A DNA stretch of 60,271 nucleotides, the filler included, from Catajapyx aquilonaris (Eukaryota), in assembly GCA_000934665.2 (NCBI GenBank). It is 4 parts of 4 records of this genome, joined end to end, with 100 filler letters (N's around TTAATTAATTAA, not from the genome) between each part and the next. Parts side by side here need not be neighbours in the genome. Positions count along the whole stretch, not along the records: positions 45,333 to 60,271 come from KZ539720.1; 3 more parts are not named here. One strand, 5' to 3'. Shown in pieces: positions 49,332-60,271 of the stretch. Every line of letters begins with the position of its first letter. Position 1 is the first letter of the stretch. Under the pieces are notes generated by a model. The model was not told the DNA's origin. It saw only the letters and a program-made list of their open reading frames with translations, and made no database searches. The translations under genes and the position numbers were made by a program.

Positions 49332-51072
49332 TGCAAGAAACATGAACCAAGGAGTCCACAAAGGATAGGGGAGTTTAACTCTTGCTGATGTATCATAATG
49401 CAGGCATATGGGTTTTTGGAAACTGCATTATCAACATAATAAGCTCTTTTGACTCTTATCAATAGTTTCATCTAAGTTAGGCATAGAGCTACAACTCCCT
49501 CACTGACTATGCTATGATGGATTTTGATTATAGTAGGAAGGAAATGGGAGAACCCTAAGACAACCCATTAGAACAAAGAGGACCCATCAAAACGCTTTCC
49601 ATATAAGACATTCTTCTAAAAGATCCAGGGATCGAACATGGGACCTCAGAGGTGGAAGGCTGTGGCAGTAACCACTACACCACCATGCCACCCATAATAG
49701 CAGTGTAAACCAGCGGTTCTCAAACTGTGGGATGCGCCCCCTGGGGGGGGGGGGGGGGGNGGGGGGGGGGGGTGAATCCAAAAATTATGTGACTCAAAAC
49801 AGGACAGAAGTCGCACTGATTAGGTAAGAAGTACTTCTCAGGGCTTACTGTAGAGTGCAGTTCTACACAATTTGTGCTGTTCTAAAAGCCAAATGTGCAG
49901 TTCTGAATAAGGATTTGTGCAGTCATGTTATATCCGGATTCAACTGCGCTTGGACATTGGCACTGCTGGAAATATGAAGGGACCGATCTTTCTACTTGCT
50001 TATATCCGATGTGCTTACAGTATAGGAGGATTCCACTATACTTTGTCAGTTACAACATTCACCTAAGATTGTGTGACCTTGAACAAAAAAAAAAACCATT
50101 CGCCTGCACTGGGTTTATTCAGTTTCGGGGGGGATTACTTTCTAGGGGGCCCCGATGTGGCCACGTTTGAGAACCACTGGTCTAAACCCAGTGGAGTGCC
50201 AGGTTAGCAGGTGGCTATGCTCTGATGCCACTGCACTGCACTACGCAACACAAGCCTATGTATGAGTAGACCTAATAAGATGTGGGTGCAGTGGTCAGTA
50301 CTGGTACACTAACTGTACAGAAGCACTCAACAGGGCATGGGGAAATAGGGTTCTGTAAAACTCCACACCATGCTCCACACGTTATTGTCCTTGACCACGA
50401 TATAAGGTTTGAAACTTATGTTGTGGGTCTGTTGACGAGAGCACAAGAGCACATTCAAGAAGCCAAGAAAGTAGTGCATGAAGAGAAGGTGGAGTCCAGG
50501 AGGTTGGCAAAAGAGAGAAAAAAGAAGCTTGAGAATGATTTGGTGGAACTCAGGGGTACTGTCAGGAACAACTATCGCCAGCTAGAATGCTATAGGTTGG
50601 TGATCAGTCAGTAAGAATTACAGTGACAATTACATACACATACTATACATATCTAACTTTTACAAAATATGCAAAATCAAGAAAATAATTAATCAGAGCC
50701 AAATTTCCTGCACACTACCATTGTAAGGTGTATATTACCTTGATATTACATGGTTGTGTGGCTCTGACATTCGATCTGTTCTGAGAGAGAAGTAGTTATG
50801 AAATGGTGTAATTAACTTGCTGCATTGAATGCTCGAATGTCTAGAATCTCATGATAATTACTAAAACTTGGCTAACAACATATCAAATCAATACAACATA
50901 TTATAACCCTTTAGCAAATTAATAATAGGGCTGCTGAAATTGCAGATTTTTTGAATGTTCATTTTCTTGCAGGGAACTTGATGCAGATGCGATGCGTAAC
51001 AATGTTCATCGCTGCAGCTGGGATCTCCGCTCACCTAGGTCACACTGTTCATGCCACCATTGTCACTGCTGA
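47775..51072 (+). CDS. Coiled-coil protein, possibly CCDC177/CCDC185 (DUF4659)-like; three coding exons
   Basis: Exons 47775-48553, 50407-50595 and 50973-51072 join in frame (QQE|FETYVV; CYR|ELDADAM). IRDKRILVATLQRLFQE resembles the RDRKIAALMLARHQEE motif as I recall it. The family call is tentative. Confidence 0.7.
48587..48956 (+). mobile_element. tRNA-derived SINE
   Basis: Head GGGGAGGTGTAGATGGCCGAGATGGTAACG..GGTTCGATCCCCG; tail CCCCCTAAAA..CCTTATCACGGGGTAA followed by (AAC)n. Confidence 0.8.
48992..49328 (+). mobile_element. tRNA-derived SINE of a different family
   Basis: A/B boxes (TGGTGTAGTGG, GGTTCGAATCC); core GGTTTTCTGTGGTTTCCC..AGGCCACAGCCACTTCCTTCC; (ATT)n tail; 14-bp TSD ATTTGCAAGAAACA. 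Confidence 0.88.
49711..50179. mobile_element. hAT (Charlie-like) MITE
   Basis: CAGCGGTTCTCAAACTGTGG / CCACGTTTGAGAACCACTG; TSD GTGTAAAC/GTCTAAAC. Confidence 0.85.
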
Positions 51073-51222
51073 TAACATATCAGGTTGATTACTCCACTTC
51101 AGAAAACTAGATTTGGCCCCATTATATTGCATTCTATCAAAATACCCATAATTTTTTATTTAAAAAAAAACTAGTATTATTTCACTCCCCATCAACTAAT
51201 ATAAATCAACAGAACCAACCAC

Positions 51223-54200
51223 TCATTCCAAATAAGCGTGGGTACCCATACTGGCATTGCAGATGTAGAATGTGGGATGTCCTTGGTACTTCCCCTTCAT
51301 TTTTTTCATGGCAGCTTCCACTGAATCCTTCTCCACCTGAAAGCATGCCATCAGCTGATCACTAGAAACTAGATTGTCACCATGCTCCACATTCATGCTG
51401 CTCTATTTATTCCGGTGGCGAATAATTATTATTTTTCATCTACTCCTTAATAGCACCACAAATAGGCTTAGCATGATGGGACTAAGTGACACAGATAATT
51501 CTGATAAACTCTTAAGTATCTCGTATCAGCTTGTTAAGAAATGAATTACATTCCATTGAGTTGTGACTAAATTCATAATGGAAATATTGCTGTAGTGCAG
51601 GAATCTGTATATGCCAAAATACATAATATATCCACTGCCAGGGAGCATATACTACATAAGAGGCGCAAACATTCGATTTTTGCGTCTCTCTGTTTTGGGC
51701 GTTGCCAAGGCTGGCGGCCATTTTGAAGTGTGTGGAACGCCAACGAGGTATAAATAGGGTACAGGCAGGCCGTCAAGGTCCGCGGGGGTCCGCCATCTTT
51801 GATGGTTTTGGCTGCCATGGCAATACACGGCAATAACCATTTACTTACCAATTCCAATATCGAATTCAAATTCGCGCGTGTTCTTGCCGTGTAGTTGCCA
51901 TGGCCGCCAAAACCATCAAATATGGCGGACCCTAATTTTGCCTGTACCCTATTGATACCTCGTTGGCATTCCACACACTTCAAAATGGCCGCCAGCCTTG
52001 GCAACGCCCTATAAACAGAGAGACGCGAACATCAAAGGCGCCGACAGAAGTTTGCGCCTCTTATGTAGTATATGCTCCCTGCCACTGCCATCAAAACTTT
52101 GAATGTTATTGTAAAAAGAGAGAACATTTATGCAATATACCAAGAAGTATTCAAAAGCTATGCAAGTAAAATAACAGTACACCTCAACGACATGCACTGG
52201 AAGCATTACAGCACACTAGTGTGCCATGAGGTCTATCAGTCTGTTCTTGTATTTAAGTAATAAACCTGCTTTGGCACTATCACCTGTAGTTGCCAAAGAT
52301 CATTGGTGTTTGGCAGTATTTTTGGCCTATAAAAAATGTGCCATTATCTCAGAGACATTGTGGACCACTATCCTAAAGTACTTACAAGTGTAACTGTGCA
52401 CCCTCCAAAACCCCCGCCTGTCATTCTGGCGCCATACACTCCTTTTACACTCATTGCAGTATCCACCAACTGGTCCAGCTCTTCACATGACACTTCAAAA
52501 TCATTCCTAGCAAAGAAAAAAGCCAACACTCAATGGTTGCTACTTACACTGCTTGTGAAGTGGAAATTAGGCAGTAAGTAATGAATACTGTACTTCAAAG
52601 AAATGTGGCTCTCATGCATGAGGCGTCCAAATGTCTCTAGGTCACCCTTTGGCAGAACTTCTACTGCTTTAATGGTGCGCTCAATCTCACTAATCACATG
52701 TCTGGCACGATGAAACTCCACTGAGCTCAGCTCACTCTTCTTTTCTGTCAAAAATATGCACCGATATGTTTGTCATAAAGCATACAATGTACACAGAATG
52801 GCATGACACTATACTGTACACCACAACATCTAGTACAGTGCTGGCCATATATCGAGGCAACCGCCAGCGACATTTTTCCGAAGCGGCAGAAGAAGGAATC
52901 GAAGATAAGCATGCTACAAGCCGGGCGAGCAAGATTCCTTCTTCTGCCGCTTTGGAAAAATGTGGCTGGCGGTTGCCTCGATATGTGTCCAGCACTGTAC
53001 TACACTATGTCTAAACTCTAAAGTGAAACACCAGCTGCCAGGGTGCATGGTAAATTTCATCATCGTATCAAGAAGTTGAACAAATTTTTAAAATATATTT
53101 GGATCAGTACATATGAAAAAACGTCATAATCTAACATACGTACCCTCAAGCATTTTCATATCAGCATTCCGAAGTGACTCCACTCCAAGCTTTTTGGCAG
53201 CTTCCTGACATTGCTTCCTTCTTAAGTGGTACTCTCCACTTCTCAACTCATGTTGCACATTGGAATTGGTGACTAGTATTACAGCATTTTGTGGCAGGGG
53301 TACTGGGGTGACATTTCTTGACCTGCAGTCCAGCAACATGGCGTGACCTTCTTGACCCATCACTGATATAACCTGATCCATCAATCCACAAGGCACCCCA
53401 GCATACTCATTCTCTGCCTTCTGGCAAGCTAGGGCCTTGCTCATTAGATGTGTAGGCTTCGAGTCAGTCACCTCTTCCAGAAAAGTGTACATGGCTACCT
53501 CTAAGGCTGCACTGCTGGATAAGCCTCCTCCAATGGGGACTGAGCTCAAGATGACTGCATCAAATGGAGGGATAGGTGACCCTTCAAAGCAGGCCATCAC
53601 ACCCAACACATACTTTGCCCAATGAGGGCATGACTCATCTGGACTAATGGGGTCAACCATATTGGGACGTGGTATAAAATGCTCTCTAGGAGGACCTATA
53701 TCAGGGTTGAGTGTCCACAAACGAATCTCAGCCTGGCCCTGCCGTTTGCAACCAACAACCACGGTTGACAAAGAAATGGCCTGGAAGTAATTTGATGACT
53801 TTCTTTAGCAACTTCTCAGATTAAAATGTACAAGACACTGACATATTAGTTAAATTTACTTGATTACTTCAAGGTTGGGAAGTTTAAACCTTCCCCTGTA
53901 CTAATGTGCAAGACAATGATGGTAATAGTCACAGTATGTTTTATAGCTTGTGTGATCTGATTGTTGTCAGGGTTTCTAATGATTACCTCCTAACACAGGC
54001 AAGTGTGGCTGGCTGCCCCCCCCCCCCCCNNNNNNNNNNNNNNNNNNNNNNNNNNNNNNNNNNNNNNNNNNNNNNNNNNNNNNNNNNNNNNNNNNNNNNN
54101 NNNNNNNNNNNNNNNNNNNNNNNNNNNNNNNNNNNNNNNNNNNNNNNNNNNNNNNNNNNNNNNNNNNNNNNNNNCCCCCCCCCCCCCCACCAGGGCTGGA

Positions 54201-55826
54201 TTTAGACCTTGTGGGGGGGGGAGGGGGGGGCGATCTTGGTTAGCCCCCCCCCCCCCAACATAGAAATTAAAATATACAGCAATAAGGCAGGCGCGTAGGC
54301 AGAAAAATTTCGGGTGGGGGCCTATTTCATAAATCATTAAGCACTCTGTGAACAAGCGGTAAATGGCGAGGAGGAAGCCCACCGCAGGCGTAAATGTTTG
54401 GGGTTCAAGGTCACACAAGCTTAGGTCAATGTGGGATTTGAATGGGTGTGTATTTGATGAAATAGGTAGCACTTTCCCCCCCAAAAATCATGAATTAGTA
54501 ATAATTTATAATGCTATTTCCGGCTATTTCAAACATTTCGTGGGGGGGCTGGGGGCGACCCGCCTGGGCCCCTTGCCCCTCTGCATACGCCACTAAGGAT
54601 AATTCACTGACACGGGAAAGCGGGTAGTGCTCCCGACACTATACTTTGACTCCCTTTTCCGATGAGGAATTGCTTACTATGAAGCATTTAAGCCTGGAGC
54701 TGGAGGTTCGTCAGTATCGTTACAAGTAGTTAATTTTAAAATTTTAATAATAAAATAAAATATGTTAAACTTTTTGGGGGTTCCCCCTGGCAGGGGGACC
54801 CGGGGCGCTCACACCCTGCGCCCCCTATAAATCCGACACTGCCTCCGACTGCTTTTTATTTACTTTTTGGAAGAGGGCGCCTTTTTGGACGGGGGCGCTA
54901 CGACAACATGTTTTTGAAGCAGAAACGCTGAAAGAATGTGGTGAGCATTGTCAATTGCATTAATAAATTTTGCTGCTGGAAGCCATTGGAAAGTGCTCAG
55001 TAAGTGGCGCCCTTGTGGCCTTGTGTGCGCCATTAAGGAAGAAAAATTTAACGACATATTTTTATATTATTTGGAAAGGGCTCATCAGGCATCTTTCACA
55101 CCCCACACGCATCCGCACCCTGTGCAGTAGCACTGGTCGCACACCCCTAGCGCCGGCCCTGGTTAGGAGCATTATCAGGTAGCAGCGGTGTAGCCAGAAA
55201 ATTTGTAAGGGGGGGGTTATGTGAGGGTAGAACGAAGAGGCCCGCCGCAGGCGAAATTTTTTTCGCTGTTCAAGCTCACATAAGCTACAATATATTTGCG
55301 CATGTGCATTTTAACACCTTAAAATTGCGGATTGGAACTATATTTTTTGGGTCCAGGGGGGGGGGGGGGTGGGGGATGGTTGCCACTGTCAGGTAGCATT
55401 ATCCCATCGGAAAAGTGGGGGACAGAGAATTTGTGGTGTTTAAACACGCTTTTGTGGTAGCAGCTTGCTTCCTCGAAAGCAACAAACACTCTACACATCT
55501 CAAAGTCTCACTGACTCCTCCCTCTCCTGAAAAGGAATGGTCACATTCGTTTCTTCACGTATATGCGTACAGGCCACGATAATTACCATAGGTAGAACAA
55601 ATCCATCGTTGTAGTCAGTGTGTTCGCCAATGAGATTGACCCTCCCTGGAGCAACGGCACAGATGAAAATTTCATCCCCAATTGGACGCTTGGCCACCTT
55701 CTCCTTGTAAAACTCCTGGCAGCACTTGACAAGGGTGTGTGTGGATGGCACTTTGCTGTGCAGGGTGCTGCATGGCGCCTTACACTGGCCACTTGGCTCT
55801 CCTGCTGTCCCACTGCTTGTCTCCAT
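51223..55826 (-). CDS. GALK1: Galactokinase (GHMP kinase)
   Basis: Exons 55587-55826 ([22 protein letters not shown]), 53144-53780 ([25 protein letters not shown]), 52594-52744 ([12 protein letters not shown]), 52386-52506 ([12 protein letters not shown]), 51223-51336. All GT-AG and in phase. Confidence 0.97.
51639..52081. mobile_element. P-element-like foldback MITE in a galactokinase intron
   Basis: TIR CAGGGAGCATATACTACATAAGAGGCGCAAAC and its inverse; 7-bp TSD CCACTGC; near full-length hairpin. Confidence 0.75.
52831..53002. repeat. Palindromic Tc1-like MITE
   Basis: TAGTACAGTGCTGG..ATATCGAGGCAACCGCCAGC / GCTGGCGGTTGCCTCGATAT..CCAGCACTGTACTA. Confidence 0.8.
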
Positions 55827-57382
55827 GCTCGGCTATACTTCTGGCTGGATCGAGCTGGGTCGGAAATCCCTGCAGTGCGGAGCAAACGGATGAAGGATGT
55901 GGCCCCCACTGGGAGATTGACAGCTAATAGAATGTGCCCACCTTGATGTAAAGCAGCTGCCGCACCTGTTGCTGCCGCTGACGTAACAGAACTGCATGCC
56001 AACAGAACGCTGATTATAGCAATGACAGTCACCAAGCTTGTCTCATGTCCGTAGATAACAAAAGGGTGAAGATATGCGGGTGATTGACTGGCGCCAGGCA
56101 GTACCAAACTTTCTTTTCGATCTCTCACACACACTGCGGAACGATACTATCCTTATATGTACTGAGATTGTTTATCGTATACGCGATTCGAATCATAAAA
56201 TGCGGTTCATCTTGGGTTCATCGCCAGAAAGCGTTGTTTAAAACCTTAACAGCAAAACTATGACTTTATATTGGCTTTATATTTTAGGGGCGGTACCCCC
56301 GGTACCCCCTAAGCCCTAAGTAAGACCGTAGCATAGATTTCAACGATGAATTTTTCCGACTTCTTGTTACGCTTTTTTTTTAAAAAATTCGCCCTAACTC
56401 AAGTTCTGCCGTAGGTACAGCTTCCAAATTTTTAACACAGATGCTCACCGTCGTGAAGTGCATTCGCACCATTTAGAGCTAAACTCTCAAAACGCAGCAA
56501 AAAATTTAAAACCACTAAAAATACGTTTCTATTTTTTTGCTCAATAACTATTCGGAATTTGGTTTCTTCATCAAAGGGCCGAATGCGCAGTAGGATGGTG
56601 CGGATATCTATTTTCAAAACCTCACAGTTCCACCTGCTGCAGGTTTTACGTAAGTTATGATTTTTTTTCACCAATTTTTTTTTCCGTCACATACTTCATT
56701 TGTTCATGATTCCATCACCTATAGCAATGTCAATTCTTAGTTACACCTCTCCATACAATATATTGTTAGCGAAATGTTACCCCGCTGCTCTGGGGTGAAC
56801 GGATTGTACATATTACAGTTTGAATCCGGATGTAACAGCATCAGGTAGTATAACTAGGCTACAGACTTCTGGTTATTATAAAGGCCGGTCCTGGCATCCT
56901 TCCATAAGGCCCGGTGTATTTTACTCCTGATTTAATAACATACTCATTTTCACCTCACCTCGGGTATAGCACACCATTTCTTGGCCCTCGGTGAGAAAAT
57001 ATAGTTTTCCAGGTACAAAATTTGCACAAAGGAGACAGCAGAAGGAAATTTCGGATATTTTAGTCCTTCATAATTTTCGGGTAAGCTAATACTATATGAT
57101 CAGTCTAACCGTTGGCTGGTAGTACTCGAATGCCATTTTTCTACAACTATCTCTGTGAAAATCATTTTAGGGACTTCTAAGCAACGAAAATCGTCTCCAA
57201 TACATTCATAGTGCAGACTGTAGTGTAGAGCATAAACGTGTTAGTGTGATACGATACGTATATCACTGTAGCTGGTATTATTTGTAAAATATCTTGTCCT
57301 TGTCTTCAGAATACATGTAAGCAACAACCTAGGCGATGGCGGTATATCTGGTATTGCGAAGGGGTTTCTAAAAAAAGAACTA

Positions 57383-58280
57383 AAATAAGAGCAAAAACAT
57401 TCCCTTCAGTGAAAGAAAGGGTAGTAAGACCTCCGTGGCGGAATGAAAGTACTTAAACAAGGGAGGCGCACGTAAGACCTTCACCAATTAGGCAATTGAT
57501 TTAAGCTGTACCACAGGTCTTACTCAAGCAATTATTCTCAAGTACTTTATGGAACGGCTCGTAAAAATTACTGCCGAAAACTACTCAGAGCAGTAGGTAG
57601 GGTTTAATTTTAAAAAGAAAAAAATGGGAGAAAAAAACTAAACCCATCCTCACAGACTTGGAAATTTTCACTCCTGAAAATGCATAATCCAATCGAAAAC
57701 GACCCTCTAAAATTCACCAATTAACGTTTACATGTGAAAAATTAAACATTAGAGTTAAAATCAGCATATAAAAGAGGTGGTGATTCTGAATAAATGTTTC
57801 ATGGCACCAATCGTATAGAAATTCAATGTGCTTAATATTGAAGTTCCTAATTTCATAAAACACTAATATGGAGTGGCTCATGGAAAATTAATGGGTGGAA
57901 TTTTCGTTATACTACTATTACTATTAACTGTATCTTTACGTCTATAGTTACTGCTAACTTAGCAGTACCATTGCACTACACTCGTACTACTAAGTTCGGG
58001 GGTTAAGGACCTACATGGTCTGGAATAACCTCGTTAATACGATATCTGACTAAGGTACTGCTAAGTTAGAAGTAACTAGTAGTACGACTAAAATTCCACA
58101 AATTGGTTTCAGAAAGGAGATTTCATGAGTAGTAAATTGGTAATTTCTTCAGTAAGACCTGTGGTACAGCTTAAATCAATAGAAGGTCTTACATGCGCCT
58201 GCCTTGTTTCAGTACTTTCATTCCGGCACGGAGGTCTTACTTCCCTTTTTTTCACTGAAGGGATGTTTTTGCTCTTATTT
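57383..58280. mobile_element. Foldback element with about 150-bp inverted arms
   Basis: AAATAAGAGCAAAAACAT..AAGCTGTACCACAGGTCTTACT (57383-57524) is inverted at about 58151-58280. Confidence 0.8.
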
Positions 58281-59033
58281 CGGTAATACCACCAGTGTTT
58301 ACCTGCAAAAGAATGTAAAGCCCATTTGTGGCAATTTGAGAATGTGCATTTAGCTACTTGGAAATGATCAAGAAAAACCATAAACTGTTAACAAACCATT
58401 GGCTTACAATTACATTGCACCCAGAGCCCTGTAGTCAGGGCTGTAGTGTACAGCAAATTTTGAAGTAAACTTATTATACATTTTTTTGTCCTCAGTCATT
58501 GAATCAGAGGGATTTGAACCTGGGACTCACTTGTCATAATTGTGAGACTTGCTTCCCACTAATGAGCTATGATGCTTGCTGAGTGTGCTCCCATATAGTT
58601 ACCACAGAATCCTCTTGACCATAAAAATGCAGGAAGGGGGTCAGACAAGGAGTCAAATTGGAAAACATGGAATGGGGTTAAATATAGGAAATCTGGGTGA
58701 ATTATGTGAGGTTATGACACATGCAGCAATACCTACATTTGGTGAAGGTTTGGGTCAATTCTCATCACACTTCCAGAGGTGTCAGTCTCTTACAAAGGTA
58801 CCTCGCTATCATGAAAGCACATTTTTGCACACTTTATTATTCAATTGATTGCAGACAATATTGATTGGGAAGAAACTAAAGGAACTATCTAGCCATCCAT
58901 ATGTATGCATCAGCCATGCATTTTAACCATTGCTGCGATATTGTTCATGTGAATCACTTTAGTACAGTTGTAATAAACATTGCCAATATCAGGTATGCAA
59001 GTGACTGGAAATGTCTAGCAACCCACTCGATAA

Positions 59034-59558
59034 TCAGTTACCAGCACCAATCAGAGCATCCATGGCATCTACCACTTCTACTACCATCTGGCACCGGCCA
59101 GAATTGTTCACTTCACATTTATCCTTTGATGAAGACAATTCTCCTCCACTCTCTTCTGCATCACTGATAGCATTCACTTGTGGCTTTGGATCATCATTGG
59201 TAATCCTGGCTTTGTCCCAAAACTTAATAGTGGTAAGAGATGGCATCTTGAACCCAAGATGTCTAAGGTACTTGTATGCTAGTGGTCCTTGGTGGTAAAG
59301 ACCCAGGCACAGCTTGCGTTCTTCCTGAGTCCAAGATCTGACACAGTCATTCCCCAGCTGCATCTCGAAGAATGTTTGTGGTGCTCCTTCTGGAAGGTGC
59401 TGCCTGGAAGCCTCTATAAGAGTCTTCCTGGACAACAATCGAAGTTCTAGAGTTGCCACCTTCTTCTTCAACCGGTAGATGTCAGCATGCTGGTTTCGGA
59501 CCTTGCGCTTCAGCTTCGCTCTAACTTCAGCATCCTTCAAGTTGTTCTTCACGCTCAT
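59034..59558 (-). CDS. P-element/THAP9-like transposase-derived ORF (coiled coil plus HTH, no RNase H catalytic domain)
   Basis: Coiled-coil/zipper-like segment followed by FFEMQL..RSWTQEERKLCLGLYHQGPLAYKYLRHLGFKMPSLTTIKFW, matching the P-transposase 'L.LY..SP.AY.YLR..F.LPS..TL..W' motif. Confidence 0.8.
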   Translation of the reverse strand: MSVKNNLKDAEVRAKLKRKVRNQHADIYRLKKKVATLELRLLSRKTLIEASRQHLPEGAPQTFFEMQLGNDCVRSWTQEERKLCLGLYHQGPLAYKYLRHLGFKMPSLTTIKFWDKARITNDDPKPQVNAISDAEESGGELSSSKDKCEVNNSGRCQMVVEVVDAMDALIGAGN

Positions 59559-60271
59559 CTTACATTTTGTAATACAAGAACAGTATTAATTATAACATAA
59601 TGATGGTTGGAATTATACAATTAAAAATGACGCAACTCCATTTGCTGTCCATGTGCTTAGAGCAAAAGAATACAATGGGCACTCCTTATCCCAGGGTCCT
59701 CTATCCACGGATTCATCCAATTGCAGATCAAAAATATTTGCTAAACAAACAATCCAGAAAGTTCCAAAAAGCAAACTGGAATTATCTGTGCACCAATACA
59801 GGATAATAACTATTTCCATAGCATATGCATTGCATTGAGTATTATGTATGTAATCTGGAGGTGATTTAAATTATTGTATGTGGGAGAATGCGCACAGATT
59901 GCATGCAATTATATGGTGGACTTGAGCATCCACAGATTTTGGTATCTACTGGAAGTCCTGCAACTAAAGCCCCATGGATACAGGGAGCACATTGTATCTA
60001 GCTACTGCTATTGCAAAACCTTGTGCAGTAGTTCGTGCTACTAACAATCTTGTCACTGATGTCTATACACGACAATATCTTCCTATCTTTCATTTGCGTG
60101 GTTGTAACAATTTTAATCAAAACACATTTCCACCACTTCAACTACATGAGTGATGAAATTTCTCCAAGAAAAGAAAATCATGACTTGAGGAATGCTATGA
60201 AATTTGACATTCGAGTTCTGCTGACTAAAGAATCTACTTGATACAAAACCTGTGGTTTTGGGGGGGGGCGG

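Larger units (their letters stand above)
48554..50406 (+). other. U12-type (minor spliceosome) GT-AG intron
   Basis: 5' site GTATCCTTT; branch site TCCTTGAC at 50388-50395, about 12 nt from AAG; no polypyrimidine tract; splicing restores the frame. Confidence 0.85.

Noticed and set aside
55583..56134. 183-aa ORF overlapping galactokinase exon 1
   Set aside because: Non-ATG start, different frame from the kinase, no recognisable motif; likely 5' UTR plus shadow frame.

Overview
Repeat-rich eukaryotic genomic DNA, most likely an invertebrate (arthropod-like), with spliceosomal introns. Three N-TTAATTAATTAA-N linkers (about 14.9, 30.3 and 45.3 kb) look like artificial contig joins, so synteny across them is unproven. 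Genes I rebuilt by hand from splice sites: an SLC7 L-type/y+L amino-acid transporter (minus strand, 3' end outside the window), a divergent Lifeguard/TMBIM gene, a TDRD5/Tejas-like extended-Tudor gene with an extra C-terminal domain, an 8-finger C2H2 zinc-finger gene, a coiled-coil gene (possibly CCDC177/185-like) with a U12-type minor intron, galactokinase, and a truncated P-element/THAP9-like transposase ORF. Introns and intergenic DNA are packed with nested MITEs and foldbacks (hAT, Harbinger, Tc1/mariner, Kolobok-like, P-like), several tRNA-derived SINE families, a decayed LINE and satellites. The most notable signals are: (1) a candidate amino-acid-sensing module on the SLC7 gene, made of a stop/start-coupled uORF pair (the second Lys/Arg/Trp-rich and overlapping the main start) plus clustered ATF4/C-EBP sites and E-boxes; (2) the U12 intron; (3) a TMBIM protein with both pH-sensor aspartates replaced and acidic residues four positions upstream; (4) a catalytically truncated P-type transposase near a P-like MITE; (5) transposase-containing hairpins. 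All family assignments come from motif recognition by eye, with no database search.
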